From assembly GCA_036785375.1 (NCBI GenBank), contig JAWMAR010000060.1:4216001-4280000 (forward strand): a stretch of DNA of 64,000 bases, in the 5' to 3' direction. Position 1 is the stretch's first letter. Every line of letters begins with the position of its first letter. The translations under genes and the position numbers were made by a program. This document shows positions 34,531-47,192 of this stretch, piece by piece. The notes beneath the pieces were generated by a model, which was not told the DNA's origin, did no database searches, and saw only the letters and a list, made by a program, of their open reading frames with translations. The DNA comes from Leucoraja ocellata. Its lineage: Eukaryota.

Positions 34531-36635
34531 GTGGCATAAATCCTCTGATTGGAAACATTTTTATTTTGTTAATTTTAATTGCTTCCATTTTTAATTGTAA
34601 CAAAAATATTTTTCCTAAGACGGAAATATTTCATGTTGACATCAGTGATATAAAGCTGTTTATGATTGTTCCAATAATAAAATATTCTGAACTAAAGAAG
34701 GGAATTAATTTATATATATTTTAGGAATAACATCTATTGAACCCTAAGGGACAAATTTGGGATTATGCTATTTTGCAAACTGCAATATGTTGGCACACAA
34801 TTACTTGATATTCTAAAGGGTTTATCCTCGTAGTATAAAATCATGTTTATTTTGTTATGATGAAAATACATTTTTTAACATATCAAATTTCCAATTATTA
34901 AAATTAATTAAATGTCTATTTTGCATTTATGTATTATGGATGATGCTGTATAGTCAGCAAGTAAAACATTTAATATTTCTACAGTCTAATGCTCAGAGCT
35001 ACTAAAGACAGTTTGTATTCTGGAGGATTACTTAACTTGTTGTTTCAGGGGTATTAGAAACTTCTGCACACAAACATTCTGGCCAAGTATTGTTCAAAGA
35101 CCGTAAAATATTATTTCATGGCAATCTGTCGGTATGATTGCGCGAAGAAGATATTGGAGTGGGATTTCTGACGAGTATATGATAGCAATCCAAATTAAAG
35201 TTTCAGCAAAATATGCTAACATTAGGAAGAGGGTTTTTTTCCCTCAAGAGTGCCAAAATTCATTTGCACATTGCACAAACAACACAATTGACAAATCTTT
35301 CATTTTTTAAATTGCTTTTATGAATTGGTTAAACTTGTGTTAAATTTAAGATTGAATCTTAGTGTAGTTTGATGAAATCAGCAAAAAAAAGTTGTCAAAA
35401 ATGATTAAAAACATATATATATTCAAAAGCTTTTAAAATGTACCTATTAATGTCCTTATGCTCATAAAACAGCTTAATTTTAAGAGCCTCCTTGAAGGCT
35501 CACAAATGAGTGTGATTAGTTGAAACTCCCAAAGGGGATTAATTTGATCTGAGGTGTGACCAGCTTCCTGGGCACAGTCTTTTTCCAATGGATGTTCTTT
35601 TGAATGTTCTTTTGAAGGATGTTGCGGAAAGACTGTATGAAGCTCAGAAGCAATTTTCTTTTCCTGCCGCTTTGTGATGGCTCTGGAGATTGATGAAGAA
35701 AGTGTTCCAAGTTCTACCGTCCTTTTAAAGGAGTGGATCAGATAGAAGATATGCAGGTGTTTAGTACAGGTGACAATGAGGCTTAATATGGATCAGATAA
35801 TTCTTGTAGAGGTCTTGCAGGTGTGGACCAATAGTTGTCCGCAACTGGCCAGAGTGTCCGCAACTGGATTAAAAGATGACTAGACAGATAATTTGCATTA
35901 AATATTTACAGAAGCTTTGATTTACAATAGGTTTCGTGAAGGAGTAAGATGGATCTGGTAGATGTCTCATGTGGGGATGATCTAGGTCTCCCATAGTTCA
36001 GATGGGGATGTAATCATGGTTTGGTGCAGGCCTGGATCCTATGATTGAATAATGTTGGCTGTGATACCAATCCAGTCGTCTCTGCATTCTTGAGTGTACG
36101 GTTTTTGGCATCCAGTCTTTTAATTTGTTCTATGGTTGATCTCCAGTCTGTGTTAAGTGGCACTATACTGAGGGCTGCTGGCTTTGGTCTACAATATTTG
36201 GTTTCCTGTTCCTCATTCCCATATGGTGGTACTGCAGTAGAAGTGAGCCAGTTCAAACCATGAACAAAGGAAGATTTGCGTTAAGGCACTTGATTTTTCC
36301 AGGGCATCCTGCTCCCTCCCACTGGTACGGAACATTTGCATTGCTTGAAATTGTGCAATATGGTGCATACTGTAGCGAGTCTTATAATTTACACTTGAAT
36401 GCAATATATATGCTTTAAATTGGATTGGAGCGTTTTTGAAAAGGGGGAGGCTGTGCGATCACTGATCACTGGCCTTGGGGGTACCCGGTGAGAGAGTGGA
36501 GCAACCGAGTGGGGAGGGGGTGTGGAAGAAGGGTAGGAACTTTTTGAAATTTGATGTATTAAAATCATGTTTTAGTGCATTGTAGAAGTATGATTTCAAT
36601 GTATTTTGTATGAAGTGATTTTAAGAGGTAACTTT

Positions 36636-36867
36636 TTAAGGGGTAACTTTATCCACACAAAGGGTGATGGATGTATGGAACAAGCTGCCAGAGGAGGTAG
36701 TTGAGGCAGGGACCATCCCAACATTTAAGAAAAAGTTAGACTGATACATGGATAGGACAGGTTTGGAGGTATGAACCAAAAGCAGGTAGTGTAGCTGGGA
36801 CATGTTGGCGGGTGTGGGCAAGTTGCACCGAAGGGCCTGTTTTCACACTGTATCACTCTATGACTAC
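36636..36867 (+). mobile_element. CR1 3' fragment
   Basis: Near-identical to 33055-33294. Confidence 0.8.
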
Positions 36868-36934
36868 ATTATACATCCACCATGCATGAATGCTTCAAAA
36901 TCAAGTGATCGAGTTTTATTGCCATATACTCAAG

Positions 36935-37286
36935 CATAGAAACATAGAAACAAGGTGCAGGAATAGGCCATTCGGCCCTTCGAGCCAGCACTGCCATTCA
37001 ATATGATTATGGCTATTCATCTAAAATCAGTACCTCTTTCCTGTTTTTTCCCCATATTCCTTAATGTCGTTAGCTCCAAGAACTAAATGTAACTCTCTCT
37101 TGAAAACATCCAGTGAATTGGCCTGCACTGCCTTCTGTGGCAGAGAATTCCACAGATTCACAACTCTCTGCGTGAAGAAAGTTTGTTCTCATCTCAGTCC
37201 GAACTGCCCCCCCCCCCCCCCCTTTATTCTTAAACTGTGACCCATGGTTCTGAACGCCCCCAGCATCGGGAACATTTTTCCTGCAG
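36935..37286 (-). mobile_element. CR1 3' fragment
   Basis: (TTTCTATG)n tail and 3' region similar to 3369-3710; contains an internal poly-C run. Confidence 0.8.
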
Positions 37287-37467
37287 TTACAGTAAGTGAA
37301 AATCTAGCAGGCAAGCAGGATGCTTTCTCCAACCACCCCCATTTGAAGTCCACTATCTTCCACTGTTTCTACCCAGTGCTTGGTACTTACTTCCAGCAGC
37401 CACTGGTTGTCCTCCAGGATGCACCGAGCCTGATCCATGCCGGTCACCTGGGCAAATTCGACACAGA

Positions 37468-38480
37468 GACTCTCTCTCTCTCCCCCTCTCTTCCGCTCTC
37501 TCTCCTCTCAACCCCCCCTCTCTCTCCCTCTATCTCTCCCCTCCCCCTCTCTCTCTCCTCTCTCCCTCTCTGTCTCTCCTCTCACCCCGTCTCTCCCCTG
37601 TCTCGCCCTCTCACTCTCTCCCCTTCCCTCTTCTCTCTCCCCCCTCTCTCTCCCCCCCTCTCTCTCCCCCTCTCTCTCTCCCCCTCTCTCTCTCCCCCTC
37701 TCTACCCCCCTCTCTTTCCCCCCTCTCTTTCCCCCCTCTCTTTCCCCCCTCTCTTTCCCCCCTCTCTTTCCCCCCTCTCTTTCCCCCCTCTTTCCCTCCC
37801 ACCTTACTCTTCCCCCTCTCTTTTGTCCCCTCTCTCCTCTCTCTCTCCCCCCTCTCCCTCTCTCTCCCCTCTCTTTCCCCTAACTCTCTCTCCCCCTCTC
37901 TCTCTCTCCCCCTCTCTTTCTTCTCTCTCCCCCCCCTCTTCTCCCTCCCCCTCGCTTCCCCCCAACCTCTTTCTCCTTCCCTCTCTATCTCCCCTCTCTC
38001 TCCCACTCCACACACTCTCCCCTCTCTCTTTCCCCTCTCTCTCTGTCTCTCCTCTCGCCTCTCTCTCTTCCCCACTCTCTCCTCCTCTCTTCCCCATTTC
38101 TCCCTCCTACCTCACTCATCCCCTTGCCCTCTCCCCTCTTTCTCCTCTGTCTCTATCTCTTTATCTTTGCCCCCCTATCTCTCTCTTTCCCCCGTTTCTC
38201 TCTTTCCCCCTCTCCCCCTCTTCCCCCTCTCTCTTTTACCACCCCTCTCTCTTCCCCTTCTCTCTCCCATTCTCTCCTACCCTCTCCTCCCTCTCCACCC
38301 CCTCTCTCTCTTCCCTCTTTCTTCCCTCTCACCCCTCTCTCACTCCCCCCTCTCTCTCCCCCCCCTCTTCTCTCTCTCCATTCACTCCCCCCTGTCTCTC
38401 CCCTCTCTCTTCTCTCACCCCCCTCTCTCTCTCCCCACTGTCTCCCTGTCTCCTTCCCCTCTCTCTCTCTCTCTCCACCT
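37468..38480. repeat. About 1 kb CT-rich polypyrimidine low-complexity tract
   Basis: Almost only C and T; gives spurious S/L/P and G/E/R ORFs. Confidence 0.95.
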
Positions 38481-38876
38481 CCCTTTGAGAGTCTGTCCCT
38501 TTGAGAGACTCTTGCGGCAGCGGTGCAACGCTTCCGACGCCACCGACGCCCGGGACACTCGCACTGTCCGGAGCGCTCCATGGCCCGAGCTGCAGCGAGC
38601 GACACCCTGGCCCCGGCAAACACTCGTCCATCCCGGCTCCCCGCATCTGTTCCGGCCGCTGGTTCTGCTCCCACCCCTCCCGCAGCCCCGGCTCTCCAAC
38701 ACCCGCGGACCATGCAGTTTATCCGAGTTTTGAAATTTTCGTTGATCACAAAATTTCTCACCTCTGAGCGTGAGAAATTTCTGACGAGCGTGAGGGCGTG
38801 AGAGTTTGCTTGAAGGCGTGAGAGTTTGCTTGAGGGCATGAGTCTCACGCTCAAAGCGTGAGAGTTGGCAGCCCTG
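38481..38876. mobile_element. One end of a hAT-like element, followed by the 3' end of an HE1-like SINE (38877-38958)
   Basis: Terminus AGTTGGCAGCCCTG (reverse complement CAGGGCTGCCAACT, related to the 31780 TIR) with subterminal GCGTGAG repeats; other end not found. Confidence 0.55.
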
Positions 38877-41731
38877 TTGTTGGTCAGCTGTGGACTCAGT
38901 GGGCCAAAGGGCCCGTTTCCACTCTCTAACTAAACTAAACTAAACTAAACTAAACTAAGTGCTCATTAATAACCATTTCCAACAAGTGAGAGTCTGAAAC
39001 CATTAATTTATTGTAATTTAAAGAATGTTTGTTTCCTCTGGTGTTATTAACATGAGTGCTATTTAATAATCATTTCTGATAAGAGAGGGAATCTTATCTT
39101 TCACATTCAGTGTCATTGCCATCCCCATCCTCATCTTGGGAAAGACCTGTGACCAGAAACATCTGCATTTGCTTATGAATACCATGAGAACAAGACCTGG
39201 TCAGGGGCTGAGTTTCCTTCCAGAAACAGTGCACATCCTAGCTCCCTAAAATTTTCCATCGCTTACAAGGCAAATGTCAAGAGTGTATTGGGGTATTCTT
39301 GTCAGGGTAATTACAGCTCCATCAGTAGTCAACCTTTTCAGTGGAAAAAACGCAACCTGCTCAGTTGGCAACCGAGCATCAACTCCCAATGTCTGCTTTG
39401 TCCACCGCCCACAGATCTTGGCTACAGTGGGCTCCATCGATAAAACGGTTTACACCTTATTTAAGGTGGATTCTGGGATAGATTTACAGTGCAGGGATTT
39501 GAATATAAACCACTAAAACATGAGCCACTTGTGATAGTCATTAGATAAAGAAGTCGTTCAACATTAGTTTGGGCTAGATTCACAGCTAAGTCCCAAAGGG
39601 GAAATGTTTGAGTTATAATTCACTACATTACATTGTCCCAGCTAACTATGAAATGTTAAAACATTTTACATCTTGCCAGGCAGGTTTTACCAAAAGTAAT
39701 GACATATTGGGGATAAAGTGTGATTCTTCTACTTAGAAAGTCTGAGTTGCCTTATTTGAGTCTGAGTCTGCCTTATTTTAAATGTATTTGCCATGAGATT
39801 TTTTTTACTGATGAGTTAAAAAGTACGGCAACATGTTTATTTTGTCATGTTTATTCTCAGTTAATAGTCGTATTCAAATTTAACACAACAAACTATTATA
39901 AGCTTAAATGCACTCTGCTCAATTAAACCGGTTATTTATCAATATGCATTGTTCTATTTTTATGTCAGATTTTAACACCCAGAAGCTTGGAGTCTTGCAC
40001 TTCCAACAATGTGACAAGATTAAAAATGAGAGTGATCATCTGCATTTGCTTTATGCGTGTTGGGTGATGCAGAATGATACCTTCATATTTTCTGCACCTT
40101 TTCTGAGGTGTGCAATGCGCACAAATGCGTACAATGTGGAATGCACAAAGGCCTTCTTCCTGTTAGGTCACCATCAATGAGTGGAAGAAACTGACCTGCT
40201 TCCATGTGGCTGCTGTCATTGTTGGCTGTCATCCTTGGCACTACCTGTGGGATATCAGACTGCCTAAAGGGGCACTAAACCAGTTTAAAATTTAAAAAAA
40301 ATCTAGATCCTCGGGATTCAAACTGGTGGCCCAGCTGTGAAAGAGTGCCAGGAGTAAGTTTCACTTTATTTCTTTAAGGCTGATAGATGTAGGGATACCT
40401 TCCTTCAAAATAGACTGGCCTCCCAAAGTCTGCTCAGCAAAAAACCCATCCCCTTTTCTTATTTAAGTGAAATAATTTTTTCTTTCACTTAAGTGAAAGC
40501 CTAATTTCCTCTGGATCTCTGCGCTAGTCTGTTTGCAACAGCAATCAATCATTCATTCATGTTTAAAAACATTTTGTATGGAGAAGTCTTTACATCAACT
40601 TAGAAATATTTTGGTTCTTTTGGTGTAAATTTGGAAATATTTGCTTGGTTCGGTGTTGTTGGTTTGGTGTTGTTTCCCCCCCACCGTAAGAATGGCGCAA
40701 CCATAATTTCTCAACTAGGCTTATCAAAGGATGTGTCACGAAAGGAGGTGTTAATTTTCAGCCAGGAAGCTACAAAAATTGGTAAACATTGCAGTCTGTT
40801 GAGATCAGAGTAGGGACTGGAGAATAAACAGCTTGAGAAAGTTGGGATTGGCTTCAGTGAACATAATACAGGCAGGCCACCTTTACTGTTACCAAGTATA
40901 GCCTGGAAATGAAGAAATGCTCATTGACTTTTTACATTGTGATGGATTATGGCAGTTTGATTTGTGTCATAGTTTGATGTTAGATTTCAGATTAAAGCTG
41001 CCACTGAAATGTCTGTTTCTGTAAATCAGCAGTGTGACATCAATCAATGTTTAGTTGCTTGTGGCTGCAATTTGAAATTATCTCTTTAGAACACAAAGGA
41101 TCCACAAGAAAAAGAGGCAATGTTTCATTTTGTCCTTTGCGCTGTTCATGAATCATTCCATAGTCATAGGCCTAAAGTAGAAGCCAGTGAAGTGTAAACA
41201 ACATTACTGCCACTATAGTGAGAACTTTAATGTCCTTTGTGTCCTCAGACGCATAGACATTAATGATCGTGGTGGTTACAACTGCAGGATTTGTTTTGGT
41301 TTGTTGAGAACCAATATTATAAAAAAAGTCAAAAATCAAATGTACAAAATATTTTCTTCAATATTCCACTGTGTACTCATAAAATGCCACACAGAAATTT
41401 CTGGAAATCATAGAACTCCTATGAAGTGATTTTTCACTTTGCCATGAATAAGGAGCTGTCACATAACCTACCATAAATATTGTGTTTGCTTTCCTCCTTT
41501 AGGATAAAATTATATTAAAAAACTACCTGGAAATTGGTCGAGGAAAGGGAGGAAAGGATATATTATGTATTTATTTAATTTCATGTGTGTATGACACAAA
41601 ATATGATAAATGCAAGTGAACATCTATAGGGTGAGAATGAATAAATTTGAGAATTCCGGATCTGGATGTGTCTGTAAATATGATCACATCAGGAAATATC
41701 AGTGTGCATAATCAATACATTTATAACACAA

Positions 41732-42951
41732 CTAGACTAAGTGGGACCCATTGGGTCCCTGTCACACGGGAGGCCTGATCCCCCAATGCAACCCGTTCCC
41801 CCAACACAATATTCCACCACTCACCCATAGCCCCCAACTGTGCAGGTGTGGCTAATTTCCCCTCATCCCCAGCACTCCCTCCCTCTCTTCTTCATCCTCC
41901 CACTTCTTTCCCCTCTCCTCCTCCCCTTCCCAATCCCTCCTCACCTTTTCCTCCCTCTCCTTTTCCTCCCTCTCCTTCCCCTACCCTCAGTCACTCCCTC
42001 CTTCACTCCCTCCATAACTCCTCTCCCTCCCAACCCCCGTCTTATCTCTCTATTCCCCACTACACACCTCCCCCTAACTTCCCCACTATACCTCTTCACC
42101 TCCCCCACTGCCCTCCTCTCCCTCTATTTACCACTCCCTACCTCCCCCACTCCCTCTCCTCTCCCTCTATTCCCCCTCTTTCCCCCCTCTCCCCGACCTC
42201 GCCTCCCCCACTCCCCCCCCTCCCTCCCTACCCCCTCCTCTCCCTCAATCCACACACTCGCCCTCCTCACCTCCCCAGGTTCACGAGGTGCTGCTCCTTT
42301 CCCTCCTTGCGTGCCTGGAGGAGCAGCAGCCATCGGCCTCAGAGCCAGCCTCAGCGCCCAGGCCCCGGTTCGTTGGTGTGGCCTCTCCCCGCCCCTGGAA
42401 TCGCCCGCTGCCGCCCGCAGACCCAGCCCGAGCCTCAGCGCCAAGGCGGCAGATCCCTTCAGTCGGCGCGTCTTCTTTCTGCCCCCAGAGCCGGCCATTG
42501 CCGCCCACGGACGCAGCCCCAGCCTCAGAGTCAAGATGGCAGATCTATGCGGGCCAGGAGCAACAGTAAAATGGAAGTAATGTTACCCGTGTCGCTGTTG
42601 TGAAAACAAGATGGTGATCTGAAATCTGGAAAGACCCAACTGCGCAGGCACAGCTCAGGACCTGTTGTCTGCCCTTTGCAACACCAGTAAAGATGCGCAC
42701 AGGAACTCTCCCCCAACTGCGCATGCACGGATGGGGGCGCTGTTTTAAGTTAATTTAAAAAAAAAATGTTAATAACGTTTAAAATATACCATCAACCTGA
42801 ACAAAACTTATTTCATTTACAGCACAGGAGAATGGTGAGTAAGGATGGGGCAAAAATCGTAGTGCTATCGTGTACCATTTTTGTGCAAATAGAGGTACAA
42901 CACAAGCCTGCAGATAACAATATGAGAGTGTTAGTTATATATATATATAGA
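41732..42951 (-). mobile_element. Non-autonomous Helitron
   Basis: Minus strand starts TC(TA)n at 42951 and ends with hairpin GGGACCCA-A-TGGGTCCC (41743-41759) then CTAG|T; internal CT-rich tract and GC-rich repeats. Confidence 0.7.
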
Positions 42952-45090
42952 CAATAGACAATAGGCGCAAGAGTAGGCCATTCGACCTTTCGAACCAGCA
43001 CCGCCATTCAATGTGATCATGGCTGATCATCACCAATCGGTACCCCATTCCTGCATTCTCCCCATATCCCCTGACTGTTATTTTTAAGATCCCTATCTAG
43101 CTCTCTCTTGAAAGCATCCAGAGAACCTGCCTCCACGGCCCTCTGTGGCAGAGAATTTCACAGACTCACAACTCTCTGTGAGAAAAAGTGTTTCCTCGTC
43201 TCCATTCTAAATGGCTTAATCCTTATTATTAAACTGTGGCCCCTGGTTCTGGACTCCCCCAACATCGGGAACATGTTTCCTGCCTCTAGCGTGTCCAAGC
43301 CCTTAACAATCTTACATGTTTCAATCAGATCCCCTCTCAACCTTCTAATCTCCAGAGAGTACAAGCCCAGCTACTCCACTCTCTCAGCATATGACAGTCC
43401 CGCCATCCCAGGAATTAACCTTGTAAACCTATGCTGCACTCCCTCGATAGCAAGAATGTCCTTCCTCAAATTAGGAGACTAAAACTGCACACAATATTCC
43501 AGGTGTGGTCTCACTAGGGCTCTATAGAACTGCAGAAGGACCTATTTGCTCCTATATTCACTTCCTCTTGTTATAAAGGCAAATATGCCATTTGCTTTCT
43601 TCACTGCCTGCTGTACCTGCATGCTTACTTTCATACTGATGAACAAGGATCCCCAGAATCCATTGTACTTCCCCTTTTCCCAACTTGACGCCATTTAGAT
43701 AGTAATCTGCGTTTTTGCTACCGAAGTGGATAACCTCACATTTATCCGCATTAAACTTCAGCTGCCATGCATCTGCCCATTCCCCCAACCTGTCCAAGTC
43801 ACCCTGCATTCTCATAGCATCCTCCTCACAGTTCACATTGCCACCCAGCTTTGTGTCATCTGCAAATTTGCTAATGTTACTTTGAATCCCTTCATCCAAA
43901 TCATTGATGTATATTGTAAATAGCTGCGGTCCCAGCACCGAGCCTTGCGGTATCCCTGCCTGCAAGTCATTGTAGTCACTGCCTGCCATTCTGAAAGGGA
44001 CCCGTTAATCCCTACTCTTTGTTTCCTGTCTGCCAACCACTTCTCTATCCATGTCAGCACCAAAGATCTTATAGCGGAGCAAGATGGGTTACTCTCACGC
44101 AAACGCGTAGTACGCTCATGGGTGGATTCATGGGTGATTTATAGGACTCATTCATCAGTTCATCTTTGGATCAGAAGAAATATAATTGTGTGTGTTATAT
44201 GATTATATATATTCATATCACATTCATGTATGTGTGTTTATAAACATTTTATTCTTTACAAGAATTAACAGAATTATGAACTAACCCTATATCACACACA
44301 AAAACTTCCCCCGCAATGTCAATTACCCTGCGAGTCCGGTCGGTTCCGGTTACTACAAAATCAACTCAAACACTGTTTGTGAGCCATTTAAATAGAAATG
44401 ATTTAAAAAACATTAAAAAAGACAATTACCAGAGTCAAATTTTATTCTTGACAAGAAGTATGAACTGACAGAATTATGAATCTAACCCTATATCACACAC
44501 ACAAACTGTTGCCCCGCAACATTGATTAAACTGCGAGTCGGGTCGGGTCAGGTAGGCTCCGGTTACTAAAATGGGCGGGGGAAAATGCCCAGCGTACTAC
44601 ACGTCAGCCCATTGTATTTCGCAGGAGTAGCCCATCTTGCTCTGCTCTAAGATCTTTGGTCAGCACTCTACCCCCTAATTTTGCCCACTAATCTCCTATG
44701 TGGGACCTTATCAAATGCTTTCTGAAAGTCTAGGTACACTACACCCACTGGCTCTCCCTTGTCCATTTTCCAGGTTACATCTTCAAAAAATTCCAGAAGA
44801 TTAGTCAAGCATGATTTCCCCTTCGTAAATCCACGCTGACTCGGACCGATCCTGTTACTGCTATCCAAATGTTCGGCTATGCCATCTTTTATAATTGACT
44901 CCAGCATCTTCCCCACCACCGATGTCAGGCTAACTGGTCTATAATTCCCTGTTTTCTCTCTCCCGTATTTAAAAAAAATTGGGATAACATTAGCTACCCT
45001 CTAATCCACAGGAACTGATCCTGACTCTATAGAACATTGGAAAATTATCACCAATGCATCCATGATTTCTAGAGCCACTTCCTTAAGTAC
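42952..45090 (-). mobile_element. Young CR1 LINE (RT region to 3' end), frameshifted, with nested MITE
   Basis: GKSCLTNLLEFFE, YLDFQKAFDKVPH, PQGSVLGPQLF, SKFADDTKL; (TCTATTG)n tail at 42952. Confidence 0.9.
44061..44658. mobile_element. 598-bp MITE with 8-bp TSD (P-element-like termini; hAT not excluded)
   Basis: About 34-bp TIR CAAAGATCTTAtAGCgGAGCAAGATGGGtTACTC (3 mismatches); TSD GTCAGCAC at 44053-44060 and 44659-44666; internal ~110-bp direct repeat. Confidence 0.85.
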
Positions 45091-45411
45091 CCTTAAGTAT
45101 ACTACAGATATATATAGATAGATAGAAACTGACACATGACAATCAGAATACACTGGTTACCCTATGATCTTATTGATGCTGTTTTATTTAAGCTTTGAAA
45201 TATTAAAACAATGTAAATCCTTAAAGGATTCAAATGAACACAGCCACCTCTTGCATCCTGGATTGAAATAATATTCTGGTTTATCACCAGAAAAGATGGG
45301 GATACATGTATTGCTTCCACTGTGCAATGCTGTATATGAAAGACAGTAAATGAACTCAATTTTCAAGGACACACTAAATATAAACACAAGTAGACTAATA
45401 AATTGTGCTTT

Positions 45412-45587
45412 ATTCAGATTCAGATTCAGATTCAATTTAAATTGTCATTGTCAGTGTACAGTACAGAGACAACGAAATGCATTTAGCATCTCCCTGGAAG
45501 AGCGACATAGCATATGATTTGAATAAATAATAATAAGTGTCCGGGGGGGGGTGGTGATTGGCAGTCACCGAGGTACGTTGTTGAGTA
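45412..45587 (-). mobile_element. LINE (Rex1/Babar-type) 3' end fragment
   Basis: Minus strand GCATTTCGTTGTCTCTGTACTGTACACTGACAATGACAAT followed by (TGAATC)n tail. Confidence 0.55.
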
Positions 45588-46880
45588 AATTAAGTTTATT
45601 TAATGAAGTAGTTGCATTTTATATCGCCATTTTATTGAAGATGGGCAAGGGTGTGTTGAAATGATTAGATATCACGTTCGGAAAATGGTTTCAGATATTC
45701 TAATACTGCATCAATATTCTCACTGGAAGTAGCAAGTTATAAGGTGAGGACCTAACACAGATGGGTAAAATTGACAAGTGGCTTGGTCTGACAGCATTGA
45801 TCAGTGACAGCACAGCAGAGTGTAGAGTGTAGTTATAAGCAGACCTCCCAGTAGTTTAGCTTTTCATGTCTTGTGTTTGAAGGACCATTGTGGACAGCTC
45901 CTACAGGGAATCTGCAAATTCAGGCAGAGCTCCTCACACTGGTAATAGTGTCCGCTGTAGCCATTGGTTGCCTTCTGAATTCTGGAATAACCTCCTGAGT
46001 TCCATCATACATATTAACAAGTACAATACTCCAGATGAGCAACTTGAATATAAACACAAGCTTGTCATGAGGGCTTTCACTAAATAATGTCTTTGCAATG
46101 TGAGATCATGGCTTCAAGTTCAAAATGGTTATGTCAGATGGACAAACACGTCTGTTGGCTAGTCCTCGTCGAGTCAGATTTATCCTTTCGGACAGCAAAC
46201 ATCATTTATCTTGTTCATGCCTGGAGAAAGATAACATGCAGCAGCAATAATTCAAATAGCAGAACAAAACACACTGACATTCTGCAACAGCTAAAATGAA
46301 GTGTCTGAATTTTATTTTCAAATTGCTCAGTGGATTATGCTGCAGTTAATAGGAATATAGAATACTCCCACATAACTATGAATGGCTGGATGAAAATCAT
46401 GAGCTTCTGTAGATTGTTACGGCAAAACTGGCTTTGTCATTATCCTTTGGGCATACTGTATATTCAAATATGAATATTTCCTTCCTTACAATAATATTCT
46501 CCCTTTCATTGAGAAAGAACTTCTGAACTAAAATTCAATAAGTTTTAGGTTGAGATAGGAATACACTGCAATGTACAAGTGACTGAAATGTGGTACATTC
46601 TTTGCTTGGTCTGAAACAAGGATTAAATATTTTTGAATAGATACTGCATTTTTTGTTGAGGTATGTGATGGAATGAGAAAGGAAACAAGCCAGTTTTCTG
46701 TTAAATTTATCCAGTTCATGAGAGTTAGGGACTAATATTGGGACATTGAAGCAAAGCATAACTGAAAAAGATGCAACTCACTGGCAAGGTAAATGTCTCT
46801 TGTTCATTATTTCATGGTATTTTCTTTAATTGTACTGTTGTGATCTTTGCTTGCTACCAGTTTTGTTAAGTCCTCGCCTT

Positions 46881-47192
46881 AGGGCAGCATAGTAGTGCAG
46901 AGGTAGAGCTGCTGCCTTTCAGTGCCAGAGACCCGTGTTTCATCCTGACTATGGGTGCTGCATGTACAGAGTTTGTACAATCTCCCTGTGACCATGTGGG
47001 TATTCTCCAGATGCTCTCGTTTCCTCCCATATTCCAACGAAGTAGGTTAATTGGCTTCTGTAAATTGTCCCTAGTGTAGAGTAAATTGTCTCTTGTGTAG
47101 AGTAGAACTAGTATATGCATAATTGCTGGTTGGCATGGAGTCTGTGGGCTGAAGGGCCTGTTTCCACGCTCTATCTCTGAACTAAACTAAAA
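46881..47192 (+). mobile_element. HE1-like SINE
   Basis: Full-length family member with tail TCTCTGAACTAAACTAAA. Confidence 0.8.

Noticed and set aside
37244-38854. Long ORFs (up to 414 aa) rich in S/L/P or G/E/R
   Set aside because: Artefacts of a CT-rich low-complexity tract lacking stop codons; the same applies to 41840-42603 and 51683-52509.
41503-41536. Candidate exon DKIILKNYLEI after a strong acceptor
   Set aside because: Donor (TG|GTCGAG) is weak and there is no other support.
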